This document shows, piece by piece, positions 49,081 to 60,564 of a stretch of DNA of 64,000 nt. The DNA is from Macrostomum hystrix (Eukaryota; Animalia; Platyhelminthes): contig CATNEN010000028.1 in NCBI GenBank assembly GCA_950097015.1, forward strand, positions 434,001-498,000. Direction: 5' to 3'. The notes below the pieces were generated by a model. That model saw only the letters and a list, made by a program, of their open reading frames with translations. It searched no databases and was not told the origin of the DNA. How positions within the stretch are numbered: position 1 is the first letter of the stretch; every line of letters begins with the position of its first letter. Position numbers and translations under genes: made by a program.

Positions 49081-52032
49081 TCACAGTCGGGAAGCTCTGA
49101 CTCCGTGCTCGAACCGACTAGCGGACATGAAGCCAACGTCCTCGCTGATTGGCTGCCCGGTGGCCATCTCGGCAAGGAGCTGGCCAATCACAGGGCCCAG
49201 CTTGAAGCCGTGGCCTGCGAGGAGGAAGGAGGGCAGTGGGGACGTTTAGAGGTCCACAAGCTGAGAGCAAATTGGCTGAGAGCTAATTGGCTGAGAGCTA
49301 ATTGGCTGAAAGCTAATTGGCTGTGAGCTAATTGGCTGAGAGCTAATTGGCTGAGAGCTAATTGGCTGTGAGCTAATTGGCTGAAAGCTAATTGGCTGAG
49401 AGCTAATTGGCTGAGAGCTAATTGGCTGAAAGCTAATTGGCTGAGAGCTAGTTGGCTGAGAGCTAACTGTGACTATATCTAGACCTGAAATAAGGTGCCG
49501 ATTTAATTTCCCTAAAAATGCACATCCCCTAACAAAAAATTCAACATTTTTTTACTTATAACAATATGTTTTTAAAGGTCAGTGGCGGAGCGGTTTAACG
49601 CCTTTGCCTCTTGCATGAAGTTCATTGAGCTCGATTCCGCGGTGTGGCCACATTCATATGGGGCGCAGCCGCGGAGAGAAGGCTTGGGGGCTTATCGTGC
49701 AATTTACGCCCCTGAGGGTCAACCTCCAAGGCACAGTGAAAGTGTTTCACTGCCTGACGATGAGAAGGTCAGGGCAGATGTACACACCTGTGTGAGAGTG
49801 TGCCTGCGCACAGTATCTGTGTGCGTGTGTGCTGAGGAGTCAGCGAAATGGGCATAACTGCCTCCTCGCTGGCTGCAGGTCTAGTGTCACCAAATACTGT
49901 GCCATTGCACGCAGCCCTGCTACAATTATTGTTTATTATTGTTCTGTACTTTCCTCGAAAGTTTCAATTACGAGCTACAATAAGCGAAAACAATTTCAAT
50001 TACCGATATGTATCGAAATATGTAGTTTAACCAGCTTAGAACCCTTTACCATACAAGAATATAAAATAAAACACAATAATCAGACTGGCGCACCTGAGCA
50101 GCCGCAGACGAACACAATGTTGCGATGCTTCGGGTGCCGGTCAACAATCAGGCCGCTGTCAGGAGTCAGCTGTGAATTGTAATGAGTTATTGATAATTTA
50201 GTAAAAAACTACAAAGTATTGCTAGTTTGGTGTGGGGACCCAACAAACGAAGCAGCTCACAGTGTAGATGCATTTCTCAGTTACCGCAGGCTCCGGGATC
50301 AGGTCGGGAAATCTTTTGAGCACAAACTCAGTCAGCTGGGGCAGGTAGGATGGCTGCCGCTGACTGGGAGTCTCGCGACGGTCCGGATCCAGGTCTGGTC
50401 CGTCGTGCATGCAGATCTGCAGTGGGCGAAACATGGGAATGAGAGTCCGAGGGGATGAGGATGTGGATGGGAATCTAGGGGATGAGGATGTGGATGGGAA
50501 TCTAGGGGATGAGGATGTGGATGGGAATCTAGGGGATGAGGATGTGGATGGGAATCTAGGGGATGAGGATGTGGATGGGAATCTAGGGGATGAGGATGTG
50601 GATGGGAATCTAGGGGATGAGGATGTGGATGGGAATCTAGGGGATGAGGATGTGGATGGGAATCTAGGGGATGAGGATGTGGATGGGAATCTAGGGGATG
50701 AGGATGTGGATGGGAATCTAGGGGATGAGGATGTGGATGGGAATTTAGGGGATGAGGATGTGGATGGGAATCTAGGGGATGAGGATGTGGATGGGAATCT
50801 AGGGGATGAGGATGTGGATGGGAATCTAGGGGATGAGGATGTAGTTGGGAATCTAGGGGATGAGGATGTGGATGGGAATCTAGGGGATGAGGATGTGGAT
50901 GGGAATCTAGGGGATGAGGATGTGGATGGGAATCTAGGGGATGAGGATGTGGATGGGAATCTAGGGGATGAGGATGTGGATGGGAATCTAGGGGATGAGG
51001 ATGTAGTTGGGAATCTAGGAGATGAAGATGTGGATGGGAATGAGGATGTAGTTTGTACTACATAATGATGCATGATGTGCTCACCTTGACCATGCCGGGG
51101 TACTCAAGCTCTGGCAGGCCGTAGACGTGGATCTTCTCGTCGACATAAACGAAGGTTGGAAACTTGTCGGGTCCGAAGCCGCCGCTGTTGTCGCCGTCAG
51201 CCGGCCGCTGTCGCCGCTGCCAGTACATGGCGGTGACGCCGATAGGTCGCAGCGGCAGCCGCAGTCCCAGGCCGCCCAGCAACTGGCCAGCCCACGCACC
51301 GACCGCCAGCACCACCGAGTCGGCCGTCAGCTGCTCAGCGGCCGAGGAGGCGCCGTTACCACCGAGGTGGAGGCGGACGGAGCCGTCTGGCTGCGGCTCG
51401 ACGCTGGTCACGCGGACGCAGTCGCGGAGGCGGCCGCCCAGCTGGGCCACTCGAGAGCGCAGCGCCTGCATGCACCTGTGGGTTGTGCCATATACTAAAT
51501 TAGATTTTCAACGTCTACGCTTCCCAGACAAAATCCTGAGTGCCGTGAGGTTAAGACATGAATATAGAAGCCAATCAACTCACTTGTCGGCCAGCAAGAT
51601 GCCAGCGCTCGGGTCGAGCACACAGTCTTCGAATTCTGCTAGACGCGGAAATCGAGCAGACACAGACTTGCCTGTCAGCCTTGCAAACGGCAGGTCGTTC
51701 GATTCCAGCACGCGACCAATGCCGTCCAAATATTCCTTCGTGCCCAGGGTGGCCATGCCGCAGTTAAAGAAGAGCCGCTGACCGCTCAGACTCTCCAGGC
51801 GACTCCACAGCGGAAAGGCCCGCCGCATCAGCCGAGCATACTCGACCTGCTCGTAGGCGTAGCGGGTGATGCGGCTGTGGCCGTGGCTGCTGCCCCGACT
51901 GTGCGGCATCGGGAACTGCTCCAGCAGCGTCACCCGGTGGCCGAGCTCCAGCAGCTGCCACGCTGCGCTTAGTCCGTTGACACCGCCTCCAACCACCGCC
52001 ACGTGGAGCTGCCGTTGCTCTGTCGAGTCCGC
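49081..52032 (-). CDS. PIPOX: PIPOX/sarcosine oxidase paralog B (exons 51584-52032, 51085-51475, 50261-50416, 50094-50169, 49081-49214); ends ASRL*; start codon absent
   Basis: Same motifs; exon sizes 449/391/156/76/134 are frame-consistent. Confidence 0.9.
49262..49468. repeat. 15-bp minisatellite (gagctaattggctga) in PIPOX-B last intron
   Basis: Direct. Confidence 0.93.
49578..49940 (+). mobile_element. tRNA-derived SINE family 2 copy in PIPOX-B last intron
   Basis: Box A tggcggagcgg, box B-like gctcgattcc, A/T tail; close match to 14250-14610. Confidence 0.85.
50449..51055. repeat. 27-bp minisatellite (gggatgaggatgtggatgggaatctag) filling PIPOX-B intron 2
   Basis: Direct. Confidence 0.96.
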
Positions 52033-52723
52033 CTGAGGGTCGTAGAGGACGCCAAAGACAAATATATTTGTGAGCTGTACTAAACAGCCTTGGCAAATGG
52101 CTGCCCCCGCACTGACTAATGAGTTATAAGGTCACGCATTTAGTGAGACACATGGCCATAGACAGTGCCTGTGGCGTCCATTCAGTGGTGGAGTATAGGC
52201 CATAGACAGTCCTCTGCGCCCCATTAAGCAGTGGAAGGTTCAGAAGTGGGAGTTTTGTCTCAGTGTTGGGACTTTAGGCCATAGACAATCCTCTGGTGTC
52301 TACTCTTCATTGTCGAAATCAGCCAGACGAAAGGAAAAAGATAAAACACATTTTTTCCCGACGCCTTAATCTCCACGGTAACATATCGAGAAAATTTCAT
52401 TTCTTCTTTAAAGCAAGTGAATGGCTAATATAGTCAGTAATGCTTCAGAAAGGTAAAACACCTGTGCAATTAAAAACAATAAATTGTAGAAAAATGATTG
52501 CTCTAAAAATGTAGAAAATAGAAATCAAGTGATTGAATCAATTAATACTGCTATATAATTGTCACTTACTTAGCAAAAATTGATTTTTTTATTGCCAATA
52601 AAAACGATTGCTACTGAAATCAGAAAGCTTATTCTACTTAAACTTCCATGATAAAATCAGAGAAAACCCAGTTTAAAAGTCGTTAAAGTGCATCGGACAA
52701 TTATCCCTCATTGGCGGCGACAT

Positions 52724-55359
52724 TCAGGCCGACCCGCTCTGGGCGAACCGGCTGGCGGACATGAAGCCAACGTCCTCGCTGATTGGCTGTCCGGTGGCCA
52801 TCTCGGCCAGGAGCTGGCCAATCACAGGGCCCAGCTTGAAGCCGTGGCCTGCGGCATTAGCAGATGGATAAGGGTTACAGATTGAGCTGTGGGCGAGCTT
52901 TCTGGACTCTCTCAGATACTTTCAGTTGCGATCTGCTTTTAAATAGTTCTTCAAGCTCCACAAGGCTCATCATCTGCCCTCAATATACCATCAGCTTCCG
53001 CAGTTTCTTATCAGCTCCCCCAGCTTCATCATCAGCTCCCTCAGCTTCATCATCAGCTCCATCAGCTTCATCATCAGCTCCCTCTGCTTCAGCTCCTTCA
53101 GCTTCATCATCAGCTCCATCAGCTTCAGCTCCTTCAGCTTCAACATCAGCTCCATCAGCTTCATCATCAGCTAAATCAGCTTAATCATCAGCTCCCTCAG
53201 CTTCAGCTCCTTCAGCTTCATCATCAGCTCCATCAGCTTCATCATCAGCTCCCTCAGCTTCATCAACAGCTCCTTCAGCTTCATCATCAGCTCCATCAGC
53301 TTCATCTTTAGCTCCCTCAGCTTCATCATCAGCTCCATCAGCTTCATCTTCAGCTCCTCAATGTACTCATCAGCTCCCCCAGGTTCATCATGAGCTCCCT
53401 CAGCTTCATCATCAGCTCCATCAGCTTCATTATCCTCAGCTTCTCCCTAGTTACAGCGCGGCTCACCGGAGCAGCCGCAGACGAACAAGATGCTCGGGTG
53501 TTCAGGATGCCGATCCACAATCAGGCCGCTGTCGGGTGTCATCTGAAGGTCAAAAAACCAAGCTCAAAGTGACAGTTTTGATCAGAGAAGGCTAAGGGGA
53601 CATATATAAGAAGTGACCTCACAGTGAACATGCAGTTCTCAGTGACTGCGGGCTCATCCAGCAGGTCCGGGAAGCGCTGACGCACAAAATCGACAAGAGC
53701 CGGCATGTAGAACGGCTGCCGCTGTTCCGCAGTCTCCCTGGCGTCCGGGTCAACATCGGGACCGTCGTGGTAGCAGATCTGCAAGGTCTGGCGATCCGTC
53801 AAAAGTGCTTTGGATGGCAGAGAAACTGCATGAGGAAATGCGAGTCAAGCTGCAGTCACCTTGACCATGCCAGGGTACTCAAGCTCTGGCAGCCCATAGA
53901 GCTGGATCTTCTCGTCGACGTAAACAAGGGTTGGAAACTTGTCGGGTCCGAAGCCACCGATGTCGTCGCCGTCAGCCGGCCGCTGTCGCCGCTGCCAGTA
54001 CATGGCGGTGACGCCGATAGGTCGCAGCGGCAGCCGCAGTCCCAGGCCGCCCAGCAACTGGCCAGCCCACGCACCGACCGCCAGCACCACCGAGTCGGCC
54101 GTCAGCTGCTCAGCGGCCGAGAAGGCACCGCTACCACCGAGGTGGAGGCGGACGGAGCCGTCTGGCTGCGGCTCGACGCTGGTCACGCGGACGCAGTCGC
54201 GGAGGCGGCCGCCCAGCTGGGCCACTCGAGAGCGCAGCGCCTGCATGCACCTGCGGGTTGGGCCATAGTGTTGCGTCCGTGCACTTCGCAGTGTGGACAC
54301 TGCCCCCTCCCCACGCGGCATTCGGTACGCCGAGGCCAGGAGACTTGTTATCAGGGGCTTAAGCCTTTGTAAGCAGTTTTTATTTTTGTTTTGATTTCGA
54401 TGTGCGCTGATTGGCTGTGCCGCCCCGTCTGGCCTTCGCCTCGAGCTGCCCTTTCCCCAGCTGCGCAGTGATTGGCCAGTGGGTGGCTGGGTTGGGGTGG
54501 TGGGGCGGGGGCCGTGGGGTGGGTTTGGGTGCCTACCCCGGCCCCAGGTCAGAACTGTCAGACCCGCCAGCCGCAAACGGAAATTAGTCGCAACTGAAGT
54601 AAGCCGCCGCCTCGTCGTCTCATTTCTTTCGGGTGCCATAGAGGGGCCGTACGCGTGTCCTAACCCGGACCCTCTAAGGCGCATCCACTTCGGGGATTCG
54701 CGAGTTCAACAATAGAATAAATATTCTTTTCTAAGGTCTACGTTTTGAAGATAAGACTTGTCCTAGGTGCCAAACTAATTTACTGGTAAAATTTTGACTA
54801 CTTCGAGCCAAGACTGACATTCGATAGTTATTTTAACACGCCGGTGCCATATTGGAAATCAGAATCATTTATTACTGGCATCAGAATGCGCTATAACCTA
54901 CTCGACTCACTTGTCGGCAAGCAAGATGCCGGCGCTCGGATCTAGCACGCAGTCGCCAAAGCCGTCAAGGCGTGGAAATCGGCTAGACAAATTGTCTCCA
55001 GACAGCCTCTCAAATGGCATTGAGTTGGATTCCATCACGTGGCTGATGTTATTCAGAAACTCAGCCGAGCCCAGGGCAGCCATGCCGCAGTTGATGAAGA
55101 GCCGCTGACCGCTCAGACTCTCCAGGCGACTCCACAGCGGAAAGGCCCGCCGCATCAACCGGGTGTAGCCGGCAGCCTTGTAGGCGTAGCGGGTGATGCG
55201 GCTGTGACCGTGGCTGCTGCCCCGACTGTGCGGCATCGGGAACTGCTCCAGCAGCGTCACCCGGTGGCCGAGCTCCAGCAGCTGCCACGCTGTGCTGAGT
55301 CCGTTGACACCGCCGCCAACCACTGCCACGTGGAGCTGCTGTGGCGCTGTCGAGTCCGC
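52724..55359 (-). CDS. PIPOX: PIPOX/sarcosine oxidase paralog C (exons 54911-55359, 53860-54250, 53623-53778, 53467-53542, 52724-52848); ends QSGSA*, no PTS1; start codon absent
   Basis: Same motifs (VKICYH, ENCMFT, GHGFK); exon sizes 449/391/156/76/125 are frame-consistent. Confidence 0.9.
52995..53440. repeat. Degenerate 15-21-bp minisatellite (tcagcttcatcatcagctcc) in PIPOX-C last intron
   Basis: Direct. Confidence 0.9.
54269..54711 (-). mobile_element. Solo LTR (443 bp) inserted in PIPOX-C intron 1
   Basis: TGTTG...CAACA termini, perfect 4-bp TSD ATAG at 54265-54268 and 54712-54715; paralogs A and B show the empty site ccatag|actaaatt; AATAAA on the minus strand near 54380. Confidence 0.8.
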
Positions 55360-55486
55360 CTGAGGGCCATTGCGAGGGTTTCGGCCATAGACAAAATAGC
55401 ATGCAAGAATTTTTGCGACATCTACTCTACGTGTGTTTCGCACTGTGCCATTTTAATTACACCTGAGACGTTTGGACTATATGTAC

Positions 55487-55683
55487 AGGTGTCCAGTCCA
55501 TGGACTGGAAATGGCGCAACACCTAACTCTCAATTACCCTAGCTAAAGCTCGTAATCATTAAACAGCTAAAGCATAAAGTTAAGTATCTTGCCTAAGGAA
55601 ACTAATTGTTCTAGTAGAGTACGGGAATCGAACCACCGACCTTTAAGCCGCGAGTCCGTTTATCTAACCATTAGGCTGCAACC
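55487..55683 (-). mobile_element. SINE family 1 copy upstream of PIPOX-C
   Basis: Reverse complement reads ggttgcagcctaatggttag...ggttcgattcccg...ccttaggcaagatacttaac. Confidence 0.7.
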
Positions 55684-56157
55684 TTTTTATATGACTATAA
55701 AATGCTTAGAAAACACAGTGCATTGAGTTTAAAGTGTGTACCTACGGGTGCTACAGCTCAGTAGGGCGAGCAACATATTGTAAAACAAGTATAATTAATT
55801 CAACAACTAATTGCAACAATTATAGATTCTTGAATTCCGCTGGTTACAAAAACTGAAGGTGGAGCATTGTACTAAGCTGTGTTTTATTTTATTTCTTATA
55901 TAAAACTACACTTTATTAGTTCATTGTTTCCTTTTAGGTAACAAAGCGCGGCTTGGATAGTAGTACGAACTGTACCTGTCGTACTAAAAAGCGAAATTTA
56001 TCGAAAAATGTTAAAGCTGTGTGACAAAAAAACAAAGTGGCTGCAGAAAGACTTGAACTAAAAGCAATGACACTAGAATGAAAACCGAAAAGCATCTTAG
56101 GTGTTAAAGACGCTGACAGAAATGGATAGAAAAAACAACAACTGACCGAGAAGTGCA

Positions 56158-56640
56158 AATGACACTCGATTGACAACCAGATATGACACTCGATTGACAA
56201 CCAGATATGACACTCGATTGACAACCAGATATGACACTCGATTGACAACCAGATATGACACTCGATTGACAACCAGATATGACACTCGATTGACAACCAG
56301 ATGTGACACTCGATTGACAACCAGATATGACACTCGATTGACAACCAGATATGACACTCGATTGACAACCAGATATGACACTCGATTGACAACCAGATAT
56401 GACACTCGATTGACAACCAGATGTGACACTCGATTGACAACCAGATATGACACTCGATTGACAACCAGATATGACACTCGATTGACAACCAGATGTGACA
56501 CTCGATTGACAACCAGATGTGACACTCGATTGACAACCAGATATGACACTCGATTGACAACCAGATATGACACTCGATTGACAACCAGATATGACACTCG
56601 ATTGACAACCAGATATGACACCTGATTGACAAGCACTTGT
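56158..56640. repeat. 24-bp minisatellite (gacactcgattgacaaccagatat)
   Basis: Direct. Confidence 0.96.
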
Positions 56641-56929
56641 CAACACTTGATTGACAAGCAGAGACTACACAGGAAGAAATTAGTTTTCCAGGAAGACACG
56701 CAAGCAACATTACAAATGTTAAACCAATGAGACTCAGCACAGACGTTAGAGTGATCAACGACTTACGTAATAAATGTAAAATATAAAAATACACTCGAAT
56801 GACAAAATAAACGAAATAAACGTAAAATAACAGCAATAGAACATACATAGCAGAGAAAAAATACGACAAACAATTTTGGAGCAGAAATCCATAACTCTGT
56901 ACAAAACACAGCAAAATCAATTTGATCAG

Positions 56930-58700
56930 TCAGGCTAGATCAGAGTCAACAGCACCACTGAGTTCTCCAATGACTCGCATCAGCCGTTGCCGCTCTAGCC
57001 AGTCATCGATGCCCGCACCTAGGAGGTCAGCCTCGGTCAGCAGGGGAAAAGTATCGGCGTCAACGTCCTGAGCACGCAGGGCGGCCAGATGATTGGAGAG
57101 GCCGAATTTGCCTAGCAACAGAGCCAATCGGTCACTGTTACAAGCCGCATCGCTGACAGATTGTTCCACTTCGCCAATAGCTCGAGTGTTGGCCTGCTTC
57201 TCAAAGCGGAACAACGGATTCCGACAGCCGTTGCCTCGCCTAACCAAGAAACGCGGCGCAAATGTTGAAAACATTTTCGGCGATGCACTTGTAGACCCGC
57301 AGTAGTCATCAGTCGATGATGGCACACGAGCCAAAAATTTGTGCATCTCGTCGAGCGCCTGGCGCCAATCGGGCGGCGCCGCAACCCGGCGCTCGGCAGC
57401 TGTCACGTGACTATCAACGAACTCGGGACCGCCTAGCCGAGTGTTGCGCCAGCTGGACTGCGGATCGGCCGCCTTGGCCGAGCAGGAGAAGCGGACTGTC
57501 TTCTTTGACGACGTCAACGGGACAGCTTCGGGCAACGGGCAAGGCGAGGCCGACTGCGAGGAACTACTCGGCGGAGGGCGACAGCAGGCCAGAAGAATGT
57601 CCCTGAAACTGCTGGCCTCTCTAACGATGTCGCTATTGCTTCGGCAAGTCGGTCCGTTGACATCCCCTTCCGTTAGCTGAATAGCTTCAGATTGAGTTTT
57701 ACCTGTTGGCATCGTACTGGCAGGCGCCTCATCGCCATCCGAGTCGGTGTCGCTATCATCGCTGCCAGCGGGGAGCCGGCTAGCCAGTCGGCGATGGCCC
57801 AACAGGCGGGCCAGGCGGCGCGGTGTCAGGCCGTTGACATCGCGCGCTGCGCCCGGAGCTCCGGCCTCGTCAATCAGCAGGCTGCAGACCTGGTAGCGGC
57901 CGCCGCTGGCTGCCGCGTGAAGCGGCGATGTGATGCCGCCAGCCGAGGACGCCGAGAAGCCGCGCGCCAACAGGTACCGCGCAGCTCCGACGGCACCGTG
58001 AAACGCGGCCGGGCTGAGTGGCGCCCCGACGCAGCGGGCAGCTTCGAGGCCGCCGTTTTCATGCTCCCCTGGGCCGTCAGCGCCGAGCTGGCTGAAAATT
58101 TCGTCGAATTCGTCGTCCCCGCCGCTTTTGGCTTGCCGCACATCGGCCTCGTCTATAGTGGCGCGCGAGTCTTCGCTTTCTCTGTCGTCACTGTCGAATT
58201 CACCATCCTTGACTTCATTTTCGACGCTGTCTAGACTGGCGCTGGGCACCTCCGCGCCGCCGCCGCTGCCGACAAGGCCGAAGCAGGACATGGCCAATCC
58301 GGCCAGGTACTCCATCATTCGGACGTGATTTCCAGCAGCTGCCAGCGCGAATCCGTCGGCTCCGTAGGCGGTGACTCGCTTGGTGTCCACGCGTCCTTGA
58401 CAACCGCCAGATTCTACTAAGGCACGCGCCGCATCTAGACGGCCCAGACGACAGGCGACGTGAAACGGACTCCAGCCCAGCAGGTTGACGGGATCCGGGT
58501 CCAGGCGGTGTTGGTCGATCAGCTGACGGATGCCGCTAGCGCAACCACCAGCCGCAGCGTAGTGCAGCGCCGTGTTGCCGTGATTGTCCAAGCGTTGCAA
58601 ATCTTCCGAGGCCGACGGCGCAGACAGGCGAGCCAAGATGGCGTCCTGATTGCCCTTCAAAAGCACCGAGAAGACGACTGTGCCGCTGGTTGAAGTCTTC
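56930..58700 (-). CDS. Ankyrin-repeat + C-terminal SAM domain protein (ANKS3/ANKS6/USH1G-like architecture); 5' end unresolved
   Basis: GNTALHYAAAGG, GWSPFHVACRLG, GITSPLHAAASGG ankyrins split by an acidic insert; SAM LGKFGLSNHLAALRAQDVDADTFPLLTEADLLGAGI; ORF start is GTG, not ATG. Confidence 0.8.
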
Positions 58701-58984
58701 AATTGTTGCAAGAACACGTGGGAAAATGCTTTTTCATTTTTCTAAGTGCCTTCATTAGCCATAAAATTTCTTATCTTATGGATTGGTCTAAGATTTGACC
58801 GTTAATGGCTTAACACGCAAGATCGTATAGCCAAATTTAGCAAATCATAGACAGGTGGGCAAAGATATGATTTTGTGTGATATTTCAAAGACATGTGCAA
58901 ATATATTTCACTTAGTACTGAAAGCTCTTGTATAAATCGAAGGTTTGATAAGGATTTTTTAGTGAGGTGACTGCGTAAATTGAC

Positions 58985-59740
58985 AGTCGGATAACGATTG
59001 GCTGGTGGGGCGACTGTTTACATCGACAGACGGATAAGGATTGGCTGGTGGGGCGACTGTGTACATTGACAGTCGGATAAGGATTGGCTGGTGGGGCGAC
59101 TGTGTACATTGATAATCGGATAAGGATTGGCTGGTGGGGCGACTGCGTACATTGACAGCCGGATAAGGGTTGGCTGGTGGGGCGACTGCGTACATTGACA
59201 GTCGGATAAGGATTGGCTGGTGGGGCGACTGTGTACATTGACAGTCGGATAAGGATTGGCTGGTGGGGCGACTGTGTACATTGACAGTCGGATAAGGATT
59301 GGCTGGTGGGGCGACTGCGTACATTGACAGTCGGATAAGGATTGGCTGGTGGGGCGACTGCGTACATCGACTGACGGATAAGGATTGGCTGGTGGGGCGA
59401 CTGTGTACATTGACAGACGGATAAGGATTGGCTGGTGGGGCGACTGTGTACATTGACAGACGGATAAGGATTGGCTGGTGGGGCGACTGCGTACATTGAC
59501 AGTCGGATAAGGATTGGCTGGTGGGGCGACTGTGTACATTGACAGTCGGATAAGGATTGGCTGGTGGGGCGACTGCGTACATTGACAGTCGGATAAGGAT
59601 TGGCTGGTGGGGCGACTGCGTACATCGACTGACGGATAAGGATTGGCTGGTGGGGCGACTGTGTACATTGACAGTCGGATAAGGATTGGCTGGTGGGGCG
59701 ACTGTGTACATTGACAGTCGGATAAGGATTGGCTGTTAGG
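58985..59740. repeat. 44-bp minisatellite (gtacattgacagtcggataaggattggctggtggggcgactgt), array 1
   Basis: Direct. Confidence 0.96.
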
Positions 59741-60564
59741 GCAACTGTTTACGTTGTGCTTGAATTCTGCTATTGTTTAACAGTAGAAAGACACGTGGGT
59801 ATTTTAGATACCCATACTTTTATTTTTTTTGTTCCTGCCAGGGTATTCAATGAGTTTCTTTCTACAGTTTAGAGTCTAAATTAAACTTTTAATTTACATT
59901 TGCCTAAACTCACCGCGAGAAATCAATAGATTGAAAATCACAGCAACGATCATAATCATAGTTTGTTACAACTTTGAAAATTGTGAATTGTGACAGCCAA
60001 CGTGCTAGTCTACAGTGGCTTAAAAGTCTATATTTACTGGCTCGAAATATAAACTTGCATTAAAAGAAAAATATCACAAATAGAAAGTCAGACTACGATT
60101 AACATTTAGACACAAATTTACTAATTTAAAATGAATATAAAAGAAAGCGTAAAGTAGTGCATGTATTTGTAAACAAAAGCACATTTATAAATCCAGAATG
60201 GAAAAGGAACTCAAATTTTAATCAGTTTTTTGTATCTTTTCTGTTTACAATCACCGAACATACCTTTTAAATATATTTGTTTGATTGCAATTCTTTACAA
60301 GAAATTAGTGAGGTACACACAGGTACACATCGACAAAATATATAAGATAAAAGCAATATCTTACATTCTTGGATATAAATACATAGTTATTTGAAATTGA
60401 AAACTTGAATATGCATAAAGAGTAAAGTCAACATGAAAGAAATGTGATCTTAAAACACGCAGCTCATGAATAAGTAAATGTTTAATTCTGCAAACAGAGC
60501 CTCTTTAAAATCTGTCGCTAACTTGGGTTTATAGTTCTGACCAGCGTTAATCAATTAACATTGG

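Noticed and set aside
49750-49870. Hammerhead in SINE family 2 (CTGACGA / CTGAGGA ... GAAA)
   Set aside because: No consistent three-stem junction, and CTGAGGA is CTCAGGA in the second copy
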